Shown here piece by piece: positions 9,817 to 18,477 of a DNA stretch of 64,000 bases. The notes below the pieces were generated by a model. The model ran no database searches. It saw only the letters and a list, made by a program, of their open reading frames with translations, and was not told where the DNA came from. The DNA comes from an uncultured bacterium (GTDB taxonomy: Bacteria; Methylomirabilota; Methylomirabilia; Methylomirabilales; CSP1-5). Made by a program: the position numbers and the translations under genes. How positions within the stretch are numbered: position 1 is the stretch's first letter; the number at the start of each line of letters is the position of its first letter. The stretch is taken from assembly GCA_964348275.1 (NCBI GenBank), contig CAYGBT010000004.1, positions 45,449-109,448 of the forward strand. The letters are read 5' to 3'.

Positions 9817-9883
9817 GCTGTCAGCGATCGGCAATCAGCTTCTGGCCTTTCAACACCAATGGCCACTGCTGACAGCTGACTGC
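9817..9883. repeat. Heptamer-array hairpin element H3 (trpG/trpD junction)
   Basis: Left arm GCTGTCA GCGATCG GCAATCA GC (9817-9839), right arm GCTGACA GCTGACT GC (9868-9883). Shares the flank TCCCGCTGTCAGC with H2. Confidence 0.7.
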
Positions 9884-9884
9884 A

Positions 9885-10448
9885 TTACACCCTGAGAAAG
9901 TTTCGCAAGAGATCTTTACCCACCGCGGTCAGGATCGACTCCGGGTGAAATTGCACCCCTTCTACCTGATGCTCCCTGTGGCGAAGCCCCATCAGCTCCC
10001 CCTCGACCGTCTGTGCTGTAATTTCGAGACAGGCGGGAAGACTCTCCCGCTCCACGACCAGACTGTGATAGCGAGTCGCCTCGAAAGGGTTGGGAAGATT
10101 TCGAAAGATGGTGCCTCCGTCATGCTGGATCAAGGAGGTCTTTCCATGCATCAGCCGTTCAGCTCGAACGATTCTCCCCCCAAACGCCGCTCCGATACAC
10201 TGATGCCCGAGACAGACCCCCAGGATAGGGATACGACCCGCAAAGGCCAAGATCAGGTCGCACGAAATTCCCGCCTCCTTCGGGGTGCAGGGGCCAGGCG
10301 AAATGACAATCCGCGCCGGACGAAGGTCTTCCACCTCGTTCAGGCTTACCTTGTCATTCCGGACCACATGGACCTTCTCACCAAGTTCCCCAAGGTATTG
10401 GACCAGGTTGTAGGTAAAGGAATCGTAATTGTCGATAACAAGAACCAT
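9885..10448 (-). CDS. trpG: Anthranilate synthase component II (glutamine amidotransferase)
   Basis: [19 protein letters not shown]...GVCLGHQ...QFHPES triad motifs. Confidence 0.93.
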   Translation of the reverse strand: MVLVIDNYDSFTYNLVQYLGELGEKVHVVRNDKVSLNEVEDLRPARIVISPGPCTPKEAGISCDLILAFAGRIPILGVCLGHQCIGAAFGGRIVRAERLMHGKTSLIQHDGGTIFRNLPNPFEATRYHSLVVERESLPACLEITAQTVEGELMGLRHREHQVEGVQFHPESILTAVGKDLLRNFLRV

Positions 10449-10458
10449 TGCTCCCTCA

Positions 10459-10584
10459 GTTCATGGGTCAGGCTTCATAGTTCAGAATCGATGGTTGACG
10501 GTTCACCGCTCTCTGTCGAGACGTTGCGTATCACGTTGTAACCGTTCTAGGTTCTCCATGAACCATGAACTATGAACTATGAAC
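10459..10584. repeat. Heptamer-array hairpin element H4 (trpE/trpG junction)
   Basis: Left arm is 7 heptamers: GTTCATG GGTCAGG CTTCATA GTTCAGA ATCGATG GTTGACG GTTCACC (10459-10507). Right arm CATGAAC CATGAAC TATGAAC TATGAAC (10557-10584) contains the trpE stop and its last codons. Further GTTCAC/GTGAAC units continue to ~10622 inside trpE. Confidence 0.75.
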
Positions 10585-12108
10585 CGCATCGTCGGTGAGC
10601 GGTTCACGGTCCACGGGTGAACTTTCGAGGCCTCTCTCGGCCATCTCGATGGCCCGAAGCATCCCCGCGGCCTTGTTCAGGGTCTCTTGATACTCCCGCT
10701 CCGGGTCCGAGTCAGCCACAATTCCAGCTCCTGCCTGAATCCATGCCCGCTCTTTGGTGAAAAGGACGGTCCGAATAGTGATGCAGGTATCCATATTGCC
10801 AGAGAAGCTGAGGTAGCCGACCGCGCCTGCATAAGGGCCCCGTTTGGCCGGCTCCAGCTCTTCGATGATTTCCATCGCCCTGATCTTCGGAGCCCCGCTC
10901 ACCGTCCCGGCCGGAAACGAAGCACGGAGCAGGTCAAAGGCGTCGAGCCCTTGCTGGAGACGACCCCGAACATTCGACACGATGTGCATGACGTGGGAGT
11001 ATCGCTCGATCACCATCAGCTCGTTGACCTCCACGCTTCCCGGTACGGCGACGCGACCGACATCATTCCGTCCAAGATCAACAAGCATGATATGCTCCGC
11101 CCGCTCCTTCGGATCCTCCAAAAGCTCGGCGGCCAGCGCCTGGTCTTCAGACTCGTGACGGCCTCGAGGCCTGGTCCCGGCGATGGGGCGTAAGTCGATC
11201 TGTCCCTCTTCCAAGCGCACTAAAACCTCAGGAGAACTCCCCGCTACTGATAGATCTCCCAGGCGGAGGAAGTACATGTACGGAGATGGGTTAATGATGC
11301 GCAGGGCACGGTAGACGTCAAAGGGCTGAGCGCCCGTCTTGACCTCGAGCCGCTGCGAAAGCACCGCCTGGATAATGTCTCCTGCCGCCACATATTCCTT
11401 GCACTTCAACACTGCCCCACAGAAGCCATCATGGGAAAAGGTCGACCTCGTCTCTAGCGTGCGGGGCGAGAGTGGAGCGAGCAACGGCCGATCAAGCGGT
11501 TTCCGGAGATCGGCAACCAATGCCTCGATCTTCGACAGAGCATGATCATACGCGGCCTCGAGTGTGCTGGCTGCGGTGTCAGGGACAAAGGCATTCGATA
11601 CCACCTGGATCCGCTGACTCAGGTTGTCGAAAATGAGCAGCGTATCCGTAAGCAGGAATACGGCATCGGGGAGCTCCATGTCGTCATCGGTCAGATCTGG
11701 AAGGGTTTCGAAAAAACGAACGGCATCATAGGCCAGATACCCTACCATGCCGCCGAAAAAGCGCGGCAGGCCGTCTACCTTGACGGGCCGATAGACGCTG
11801 AGGGCCTCCTTGACCAGATCGAGCGGATCAGTGATCGTTCGCGTCTCAACTTGCAGCCCCGACCGCAGGAGCTCCGCCTGCCCCTCCTTGGTCCGAATCA
11901 CCAAGAAGGGATTGCGCCCCAGGAAGCTGTATCGGGCCCATTTTTCCCCTCCTTCGACGCTTTCCAGGAGGAAAGCGGTTTCCCCTCCCCCAATCTTCAG
12001 GAAGGCCGATACGGGGGTCTCGATATCAGCGAGGACCTCGCGGTAGACTGGGATCAGGTTACCGAGGCGAGCCTTTGCTTTGAATTCATTTCGAGACGGG
12101 TAATACAT
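10570..12108 (-). CDS. trpE: Anthranilate synthase component I
   Basis: ...LLESVEGGE...GAPKIRAMEIIEELE...GAGIVADSDPE... Start set to ATG 12108 (MYYPSRNEF) with GGGAG 8 nt upstream; the ORF-track start at 12123 is a TTG. Confidence 0.92.
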   Translation of the reverse strand: MYYPSRNEFKAKARLGNLIPVYREVLADIETPVSAFLKIGGGETAFLLESVEGGEKWARYSFLGRNPFLVIRTKEGQAELLRSGLQVETRTITDPLDLVKEALSVYRPVKVDGLPRFFGGMVGYLAYDAVRFFETLPDLTDDDMELPDAVFLLTDTLLIFDNLSQRIQVVSNAFVPDTAASTLEAAYDHALSKIEALVADLRKPLDRPLLAPLSPRTLETRSTFSHDGFCGAVLKCKEYVAAGDIIQAVLSQRLEVKTGAQPFDVYRALRIINPSPYMYFLRLGDLSVAGSSPEVLVRLEEGQIDLRPIAGTRPRGRHESEDQALAAELLEDPKERAEHIMLVDLGRNDVGRVAVPGSVEVNELMVIERYSHVMHIVSNVRGRLQQGLDAFDLLRASFPAGTVSGAPKIRAMEIIEELEPAKRGPYAGAVGYLSFSGNMDTCITIRTVLFTKERAWIQAGAGIVADSDPEREYQETLNKAAGMLRAIEMAERGLESSPVDREPLTDDAVHSS

Positions 12109-12135
12109 AAAAGACTCCCGCAAGTAGAGGACGAT

Positions 12136-12164
12136 AAACTAGCATGACCAAAAGAAAAGGTCAA
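12136..12164 (-). promoter_or_regulatory. Candidate sigma70-type promoter of the trp operon
   Basis: Minus strand reads TTGACC (12164-12159), 17 nt, TAGTTT (12141-12136), about 25 nt upstream of the trpE ATG. Confidence 0.4.
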
Positions 12165-12285
12165 GCGTCCTTCCTGTGTGAAAGCCTACATTCCCCTGGG
12201 AGATCGGTTATGGACTGGCGACAGAGGTGGGGTTGTACACGGGTGGGGGAAAGTTTGTCCGTAATCGACCCAATGGTATAATTCG

Positions 12286-12618
12286 CTAGCCAAGATAGGT
12301 CCCGATCTTCGATTGAATGGTACCGCGAGGAACCGCGCCGATCACTTGATCGACGCGCTCCCCCCCCTTGAAGAAGAGGAGCGTCGGAATGCTTCGGATG
12401 CCAAAGCGGGCCGCTGTCTGAGGATTCTCATCGACGTTCAACTTGGCGATGGTTACTTTTCCCGCATACTCCTGGGCCAGCTCTTCCAGGATGGGTGCGA
12501 TTATACGACAGGGAGCGCACCACTCCGCCCAAAAGTCGACAACCGTAAGGCCCTGGCCGTCGACGACCTTCTGCTCGAAATCGGCATCGCTCACCTGGAC
12601 GATGTTTTCAGAAGCCAT
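12286..12618 (-). CDS. trxA: Thioredoxin
   Basis: MASENIVQVSDADFEQKV...VVDFWAEWCAPCRIIAP...; thioredoxin fold with a WCAPC (not WCGPC) active site. Start set to the ATG preceded by GGGGGG. Confidence 0.88.
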   Translation of the reverse strand: MASENIVQVSDADFEQKVVDGQGLTVVDFWAEWCAPCRIIAPILEELAQEYAGKVTIAKLNVDENPQTAARFGIRSIPTLLFFKGGERVDQVIGAVPRGTIQSKIGTYLG

Positions 12619-12660
12619 GTTCCCCCCCATGAATGTTTGTTCGCTCGTCGCATTGGATTC

Positions 12661-12689
12661 ATGCTACCCCCGCCCCCCTCCCCTGTCAA
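12661..12689 (-). promoter_or_regulatory. Candidate sigma70-type promoter of trxA
   Basis: Minus strand reads TTGACA (12689-12684), 17-nt G-rich spacer, TAGCAT (12666-12661). Confidence 0.45.
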
Positions 12690-12768
12690 GCGCCTCACCA
12701 ACGGAAGGGAAAGTGATCCTTGTCGTCGTCTAATTGCTGACTTCCCGGTATAAAAAAGCTGGTAGGTC

Positions 12769-13008
12769 GTGTACCATTATTTGGAAAGCACTTGGCGTGA
12801 AAACCGGAGACACGCTGTGCAAATCAAGACGGCCCATAAAATTTTGATTGCCAGTGCCATTGCGTTCTTTATCTCCTTTGGGGTGTGGCAATTCAGATCC
12901 TATGTCAGTACGGGCGAGGCGCGGCCCCTCGTGGGTGCCATCTTGTCGGTGTTGGTTGCCATTGGCTTCGGTATCTACTTCCGGACGCTGAGATGGAAAA
13001 AGTTCTAG
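12769..13008 (+). CDS. Small hypothetical membrane protein (two predicted TM helices)
   Basis: The ORF has two hydrophobic stretches (ILIASAIAFFISFGVW; LVGAILSVLVAIGFGIYF). No recognisable family and the start is uncertain. Confidence 0.4.
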   Translation: MYHYLESTWRENRRHAVQIKTAHKILIASAIAFFISFGVWQFRSYVSTGEARPLVGAILSVLVAIGFGIYFRTLRWKKF

Positions 13009-13032
13009 CCATCAAAAAACGAGAGAAGCCCC

Positions 13033-13752
13033 GTGAGGCCTTCCAGGAAAGACAGCGAGCAGGATTCGTGGCTGCAGCAGGCTGAAAGGAAGCTCGGGCA
13101 GCGTTTCCGAAGCCGAGCCTTGCTTCGGGCCGCGCTCACCCATCCCTCGGCCGGAAGAGAGGGACGGGCCTTCGAACGATTGGAGTTTTTGGGTGATGCC
13201 ATCCTCACCCTCCTTTTGAGTCTGCACCTATATCGGAACTACCCCGATCTCTCCCCCGGCGGATTGACCCGACTCCGCGCGAGCATAGTGAATCGCACCA
13301 AGCTAGCCCAAGCAGCAATGCAATTGGGACTCCCCGTCATGCTCCGCCTGGGAAAGAGCGAGGAGCCGGACGGCCGCCATCGGTCTGCCCTCCTCGCCGC
13401 AGCGTTTGAAGCGGTCGTGGCTGCCCTCTTTCTCGATCGTGGCCTTCGTGGCGTGACGAAATTTCTTCAACAGCATCTGCTTCCCTTGTTTCCCCCGGAT
13501 GCCTCCCTCGATTCGAAATCAGAGCTTCAGACTCTCCTGCAAGCCATGCTCAAGATTCCTCCACGCTACCGCCTCCTCCGGCATTGGGGCCCTCCCCATG
13601 CCAGGCGTTTTGCCGTAGAAGTCGAGGTCAGAGGCCAGCGGCTCGGCAGGGGTGAAGGCCAAAGCCGCCGTGAGGCCGAGCAGGGTGCAGCCCGGAGTGC
13701 ACTCGGTTATCTCCGGGATCACCACAATATTTTGCGGTCCTTTGGAAAATGA
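13033..13752 (+). CDS. rnc: Ribonuclease III
   Basis: ...LLRAALTHPS...ERLEFLGDAIL... signature plus a C-terminal dsRBD-like region. GTG start. Confidence 0.9.
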   Translation: MRPSRKDSEQDSWLQQAERKLGQRFRSRALLRAALTHPSAGREGRAFERLEFLGDAILTLLLSLHLYRNYPDLSPGGLTRLRASIVNRTKLAQAAMQLGLPVMLRLGKSEEPDGRHRSALLAAAFEAVVAALFLDRGLRGVTKFLQQHLLPLFPPDASLDSKSELQTLLQAMLKIPPRYRLLRHWGPPHARRFAVEVEVRGQRLGRGEGQSRREAEQGAARSALGYLRDHHNILRSFGK

Positions 13753-13776
13753 CCACAGGATTTTGCGTAATTTCCC

Positions 13777-13805
13777 TTGACACGACCATAAGCCTATGCT
13801 AGCCT
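13777..13805 (+). promoter_or_regulatory. Candidate sigma70-type promoter of smc
   Basis: TTGACA (13777-13782), 17 nt, TAGCCT (13800-13805). Confidence 0.35.
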
Positions 13806-13856
13806 GCCGAAAATTTCATAAGAATTTGCCCGAATTATTATACTGAGGGGAGGGCT

Positions 13857-16800
13857 ATGTACCTCAGCAATCTGACCTTGTTCGGATTTAAGTCCTTCGT
13901 CGACCGGCTGAGTATCGATTTCCAGGCCGGCATCACGGCTCTGGTCGGGCCGAATGGCTGCGGCAAGAGCAACATCGTCGACGCCATCCGCTGGGTATTG
14001 GGAGAACAGAGCTCGAAGTCCCTCCGCGGCGATCGGATGGAGGACTTGATATTCGCCGGCAATAGCCACCGGAAGCCTGTGGGGATGGCTGAAATCTCCT
14101 TAACCCTAACGAATATAGAAGGCCGGCTGGCTGTCCCTTACGAGGAGGTAACGATCACCCGCCGCGTCTACCGATCAGGCGAGAGCGAGTATCTCATCAA
14201 TCAAAATCCCTGTCGTCTAAAAGACATCACCGGCCTCTTCCTCGACACCGGGCTTGGGCGGGAGCCTTACGCCCTCATCGAGCAGGGGGCGATCGGGTCA
14301 CTCTTGAACTCGAAACCGGCTGACCTCCGAACCCTCTTGGAGGAGGCGGCGGGGACTATGTCATACAAGGTCAAGCGCAATACCGCTCTGGGCCGGCTGC
14401 AGGCAGCGGAGCAAAATCTGTTGAGAGTGAGGGACGTCCTCCAGGAAATCGAACGGCAGCGAAACTCGCTACACCGACAGGCGAAAAAGGCGGAACGATA
14501 CCAGCGCATGACGGGGAGATTAAAAGGGATTCAGGCGTGTCTCCTTCTCCAGGCGGATCGCCGCCTCGAGGAGGAGCTCGATCGAATCCGTCACCAGGAG
14601 AGGGAGTATGCCGTTGCCCAGGAGTCCTGCCACCTACGAATTTCTACCGAAGAAACCTCCTTGGAAAATGGGCGCCTGAACGATCTCGATCTCGAGAAGA
14701 GGATCGGGGCGGCTCAGGAACAGCTGTATACCCTGCGCGGCCGACGGGAGCGGGAACAGGCGGAAGTGCGGTCGCGGGAAGGGTTACTTGGTAGCCTGAG
14801 GCATCGTGGCGAAGAGCACCGGGAAGAGCTGAGCGTCGTCGACGAGCGGCTTCGTTGCCTGCGGCAGGATTACGAGGCCGACACAAGAACACGGGGACTC
14901 ACGGAGGAAGAAATTACAGCGGCCTCTCGGCAACTTCAGGATCTTAACGATGCCCTCACGAGTCTGGAAGCAGAACTCCGTGACAACGAGGGGGCATTGG
15001 CAAAACGGAAGGGGGAAGTTCTCACGCTGACCGAGCAGATGGTCCACACGCAGAATCATATGGCGTCTCTTACGGAACGGGACCGACTCCTCCACCAAGA
15101 GCGGGAGACCTTAGCGCGGCAACTCACCGCGTCCCGGACAGAATCGGAAACCGTAGCAACCCGCGAGCGAGAACTGACCAGCGAACGGCAACAGCTCGAG
15201 CACAGGATTGCAATCCTGACTGAGGAGCGGGAACAACTTCTCCAGGAGATGGGAAGCCTCGAGACGCGCCAGGAGACGCTGGGCCGGCGTCGAGCGACTC
15301 TCCGCGAGGAACTCAGCGGACTCGAGGGCCGCCTCGACTCACTCCGGGAGCTCGAGGGGAGCCTTGCCGGACTCGACGAAGGGCAGCAGTTCCTCCTCAA
15401 AGGAAAAGCGGCAGGGGTGCCTGTCTGCCAGATGATTGACGGTCCCCTGTCTAGTTTGGTTCGGGTTGAAGTCGCTTGGGAAAAGGCAGTGGAAGCCCTC
15501 CTCGGCGACCTCCAGCAAGGACTCCTCACTCCGACCGCCACCGATGCCCTTTCTCTTATCGGCTATCTCGAACAGGAGGGGACTGGTTGGGCAACCCTGC
15601 TACCCCATCGGGAGGAATGGCTGGCCAACGGTAAAGAGGCGTTCCGCCTCCAGGAGGCGTTGGGAGAAGCCGTGGGTTCCCTCGACCCCGAGATTGCCCA
15701 CCGGGTCGTTGGACCGGCCCTGAGACTCGTGAAGACGTCGGAGGAGCTTCAGCCACTGCTCGGTGCCCTCTTAGCAGATGCCGTGATCGTCCGGGACATC
15801 CCCACCGCCCTCGCTCTCCTCCGGAGTCTCCCGTACCCTATCCGAGTGGCGACGACATCTGGCGCCGTGCTGAGCTCGCGGGGCCCCATACAGGGTGGAA
15901 AGACCATTGCAATAAGTCTCCTGAGTCGCCGGAGGGAGCTCGAAGAGCTTCCCGGTGTCATCGCCCGGGCGATGGAAGAGCTCCAGGAAACCGAAGAGGA
16001 GTGGGAGAAGGTTCAAAACACACTGTCCCACCACCGGCAGGCCCTGAGTGCACAGGAGCGAACCCTTAAAGACGTGCAGGCAGCCCGTCACGACGTCGAC
16101 CGATCCCTCGCCGAGGTGCATACGGTCGCCTCCAGACTCGGGAGCCAAACATCATTTTTGGCTTCCGAGCTGACACGCCTCGAAGAGGAACTCAGTGATG
16201 TTGGGAATGCGCTGCAGGATTCCCGAGTGGGACTCGAGGAACTAGGGCGGCGGGAGGCATCACTCAAAGGCGAAACTGCTGACCATGACCGCCAGGTGAC
16301 CCTCCTTCGCGCACGACAGCAGGAACTTCAGCAGGAGGTGGCGGAGGTCCGAATTCGATCGACCTCCCTGCAAGAGAGAAAGGAAGCTCTGTCCCGCTCT
16401 CTGGAGCGCTTGGAGGCTGATCTCGAGAGGGAACGCACACGCGAGGTGGATATCCGCATGCAGGAAGAAGAGGACCGCTCCAGCGAGTCTCGGCTCACCC
16501 AAGAGATCGCCGCGCTGCAGCAATGCCTCGAGGTCTTAAACCACCATGAGAACCAGGAGGCTCTGGCGGTCCAGGAACTTCAGAACCAGAGGGATCAGCT
16601 TCGACAAACCCTCGTCGCTAACGAGGAGGCTCTGAGGAACGCGAGGAGGGAACTCACCGACATCCAACAGCAAAAGTCTTCACTCGCCACGCAGGGCGCA
16701 GCCCTGAGCACAGAGCGTTCGCTCCTTCAAAAACGCCTCCAGGAGGAGACACCGGAGGGCGAGGACCTTCAAGAATTGCTCCACGGAGGAGACTCGCCCC

Positions 16801-17486
16801 TGGATTCACAGTTGCTCGAACAGGAGGGAGAAGACCTCCGCCACAAGATTGCCACCATGGGTCCCATTAACATGGCTGCCTTAAAGGAATACGAAACTCT
16901 CTCGGAGCGCTATCGCTTCCTCACGAACCAAGCAGAGGATCTCACCGCCTCGGTGACCTCCCTCAAGGCTACCATCGCCGAAATCAATCGGACGATCCAG
17001 GACCTCTTCGGGGAGACCCTCAGCTCGGTTAGCCAACAGATGCATCACTTTTGGCAGCGCCTTTTCGGAGGGGGCGACGCAGAACTCGTCTTGAGTGACG
17101 GGGATGACGTCGAGGAGCCCGGCGTCGAAGTCCGGGTCCGCATCCCAGGAAAGCGAACCACCACGCTCTCCCTGCTCTCGGGCGGAGAGAAGTCCCTCGG
17201 CGCCATCGCCCTCCTGATGGCCCTGTGGGCCACGAGACCCAGCCCCTTTGTTGTGCTCGACGAAGTGGATGCTGCTTTGGATGATGTAAACGTGGATCGC
17301 TTTGCCTCTCTGATCCGAGAACTTTCCTCCACCTCCCAATTCATCCTCGTCACCCACCATCCCCGGACTATCGAGTTGGCCGATCTGCTGTACGGGATCA
17401 CCATGGAAGAACCGGGGATCTCGAAGCTGATCTCGGTTCGTCTCGGGGAACAGGCCGAGCAGCCGGCTACCGCGACCGTCCCCTGA
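13857..17486 (+). CDS. smc: Chromosome partition protein Smc
   Basis: 1209 aa. N-terminal Walker A GPNGCGKSNI, long coiled coils, a hinge, and C-terminal LSGGEKSL...VLDEVDAALD. Confidence 0.95.
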   Translation: MYLSNLTLFGFKSFVDRLSIDFQAGITALVGPNGCGKSNIVDAIRWVLGEQSSKSLRGDRMEDLIFAGNSHRKPVGMAEISLTLTNIEGRLAVPYEEVTITRRVYRSGESEYLINQNPCRLKDITGLFLDTGLGREPYALIEQGAIGSLLNSKPADLRTLLEEAAGTMSYKVKRNTALGRLQAAEQNLLRVRDVLQEIERQRNSLHRQAKKAERYQRMTGRLKGIQACLLLQADRRLEEELDRIRHQEREYAVAQESCHLRISTEETSLENGRLNDLDLEKRIGAAQEQLYTLRGRREREQAEVRSREGLLGSLRHRGEEHREELSVVDERLRCLRQDYEADTRTRGLTEEEITAASRQLQDLNDALTSLEAELRDNEGALAKRKGEVLTLTEQMVHTQNHMASLTERDRLLHQERETLARQLTASRTESETVATRERELTSERQQLEHRIAILTEEREQLLQEMGSLETRQETLGRRRATLREELSGLEGRLDSLRELEGSLAGLDEGQQFLLKGKAAGVPVCQMIDGPLSSLVRVEVAWEKAVEALLGDLQQGLLTPTATDALSLIGYLEQEGTGWATLLPHREEWLANGKEAFRLQEALGEAVGSLDPEIAHRVVGPALRLVKTSEELQPLLGALLADAVIVRDIPTALALLRSLPYPIRVATTSGAVLSSRGPIQGGKTIAISLLSRRRELEELPGVIARAMEELQETEEEWEKVQNTLSHHRQALSAQERTLKDVQAARHDVDRSLAEVHTVASRLGSQTSFLASELTRLEEELSDVGNALQDSRVGLEELGRREASLKGETADHDRQVTLLRARQQELQQEVAEVRIRSTSLQERKEALSRSLERLEADLERERTREVDIRMQEEEDRSSESRLTQEIAALQQCLEVLNHHENQEALAVQELQNQRDQLRQTLVANEEALRNARRELTDIQQQKSSLATQGAALSTERSLLQKRLQEETPEGEDLQELLHGGDSPLDSQLLEQEGEDLRHKIATMGPINMAALKEYETLSERYRFLTNQAEDLTASVTSLKATIAEINRTIQDLFGETLSSVSQQMHHFWQRLFGGGDAELVLSDGDDVEEPGVEVRVRIPGKRTTTLSLLSGGEKSLGAIALLMALWATRPSPFVVLDEVDAALDDVNVDRFASLIRELSSTSQFILVTHHPRTIELADLLYGITMEEPGISKLISVRLGEQAEQPATATVP

Positions 17487-17506
17487 CCGAGGTCGGGCAT
17501 CGCACG

Positions 17507-18415
17507 ATGTCAGAGCACGCTACCCTTTTCTCCCACTTCGCCGCTGGTCTCCGAAAGACCCGAGAAGCATTTTTCGATCGCATCGCTCGCCTCCTGAAGC
17601 GTCCCCGTGTCGACCAGGAACTTCTGGATGAACTTGAAGAAATTTTGATTACGGCCGACCTGGGGATGCCGACAGCCCAGCGGCTTTTAGAAACCGTTCC
17701 TCCCAGGATGGCGGAGCCGGAAGAGCTTCTCCACCACCTCCAGCGGGAGGTTGCAGCTCTTCTCTCAATCCCCGAGGAAAGCATCCCGGAAGGGCACCCT
17801 CATGTCGTTTTGACCCTTGGAGTGAACGGGGTTGGCAAGACGACCACGATCGGAAAACTTGCCTTTCGAGCGACCCGTAAAGGGAAGCGCGTACTCTTGG
17901 CTGGCGCGGACACCTTCCGGGCTGCGGCCATCGAGCAGCTCCAAATTTGGGGGAAAAGGGCTGGTGCCGAGGTGATTGCTCATCAACCAGGGGGCGATCC
18001 AGCCGCCGTGGTGTTCGATGCACTCGAGGCGGCCCAGGCACGCAGTGCGGACCTGGTGCTCATCGATACCGCGGGCCGGTTGCACACGAAGAGAAATCTG
18101 ATGGAGGAGCTCAAAAAGATCGACCGAGTCGTCGCCAGGGCTCTCCCCGGGGCCCCCCATGAGAAGCTCTTGATGCTGGATGCCACCACGGGCCTCAACT
18201 CCGTCCCCCAGGCCCGGGAATTCCATCAGGCTATCGGCATAACAGGGCTCATCGTGACGAAATTGGACGGGACAGCCAAGGGAGGTGCCGTCGTGGGTAT
18301 TGTGTCTGAGCTGCATATTCCAGTGCGGTACGTAGGCCTGGGAGAGCAAATTGGAGACCTTGAGGCCTTTTCCCCCTCTGCGTTCGCCACAGCGCTCTTT
18401 GCCCGGGAGACCTAG
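17507..18415 (+). CDS. ftsY: Signal recognition particle receptor FtsY (NG domain only)
   Basis: ...GVNGVGKTTTIGKLA...DTAGRLH...TKLDGTAKGG... Confidence 0.93.
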   Translation: MSEHATLFSHFAAGLRKTREAFFDRIARLLKRPRVDQELLDELEEILITADLGMPTAQRLLETVPPRMAEPEELLHHLQREVAALLSIPEESIPEGHPHVVLTLGVNGVGKTTTIGKLAFRATRKGKRVLLAGADTFRAAAIEQLQIWGKRAGAEVIAHQPGGDPAAVVFDALEAAQARSADLVLIDTAGRLHTKRNLMEELKKIDRVVARALPGAPHEKLLMLDATTGLNSVPQAREFHQAIGITGLIVTKLDGTAKGGAVVGIVSELHIPVRYVGLGEQIGDLEAFSPSAFATALFARET

Positions 18416-18448
18416 TCTAAATCCAGCTTCCCTGCACGCCAATTGACC

Positions 18449-18477
18449 TTGACACCTCAGACCCCTGGTGATAGCGT
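18449..18477 (+). promoter_or_regulatory. Candidate sigma70-type promoter of the rib operon
   Basis: TTGACA (18449-18454), 17 nt, TAGCGT (18472-18477). Consistent with ribD starting at 18521 rather than 18443. Confidence 0.4.

Noticed and set aside
6000-10622. Whether the short tandem repeats could be a CRISPR array or other spacer-containing locus
   Set aside because: The period is 7 nt with no spacers. The arrays are 20-50 nt long, paired with an inverted copy, and embedded between housekeeping genes. No cas genes are present in the window.
12667-12683. G-run GGGGAGGGGGGCGGGGG (minus strand) in the trxA promoter spacer as a G-quadruplex
   Set aside because: It has only three clear G-tracts within 17 nt. 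Forming four tracts requires zero-length loops, so it is more simply a GC-rich promoter spacer.
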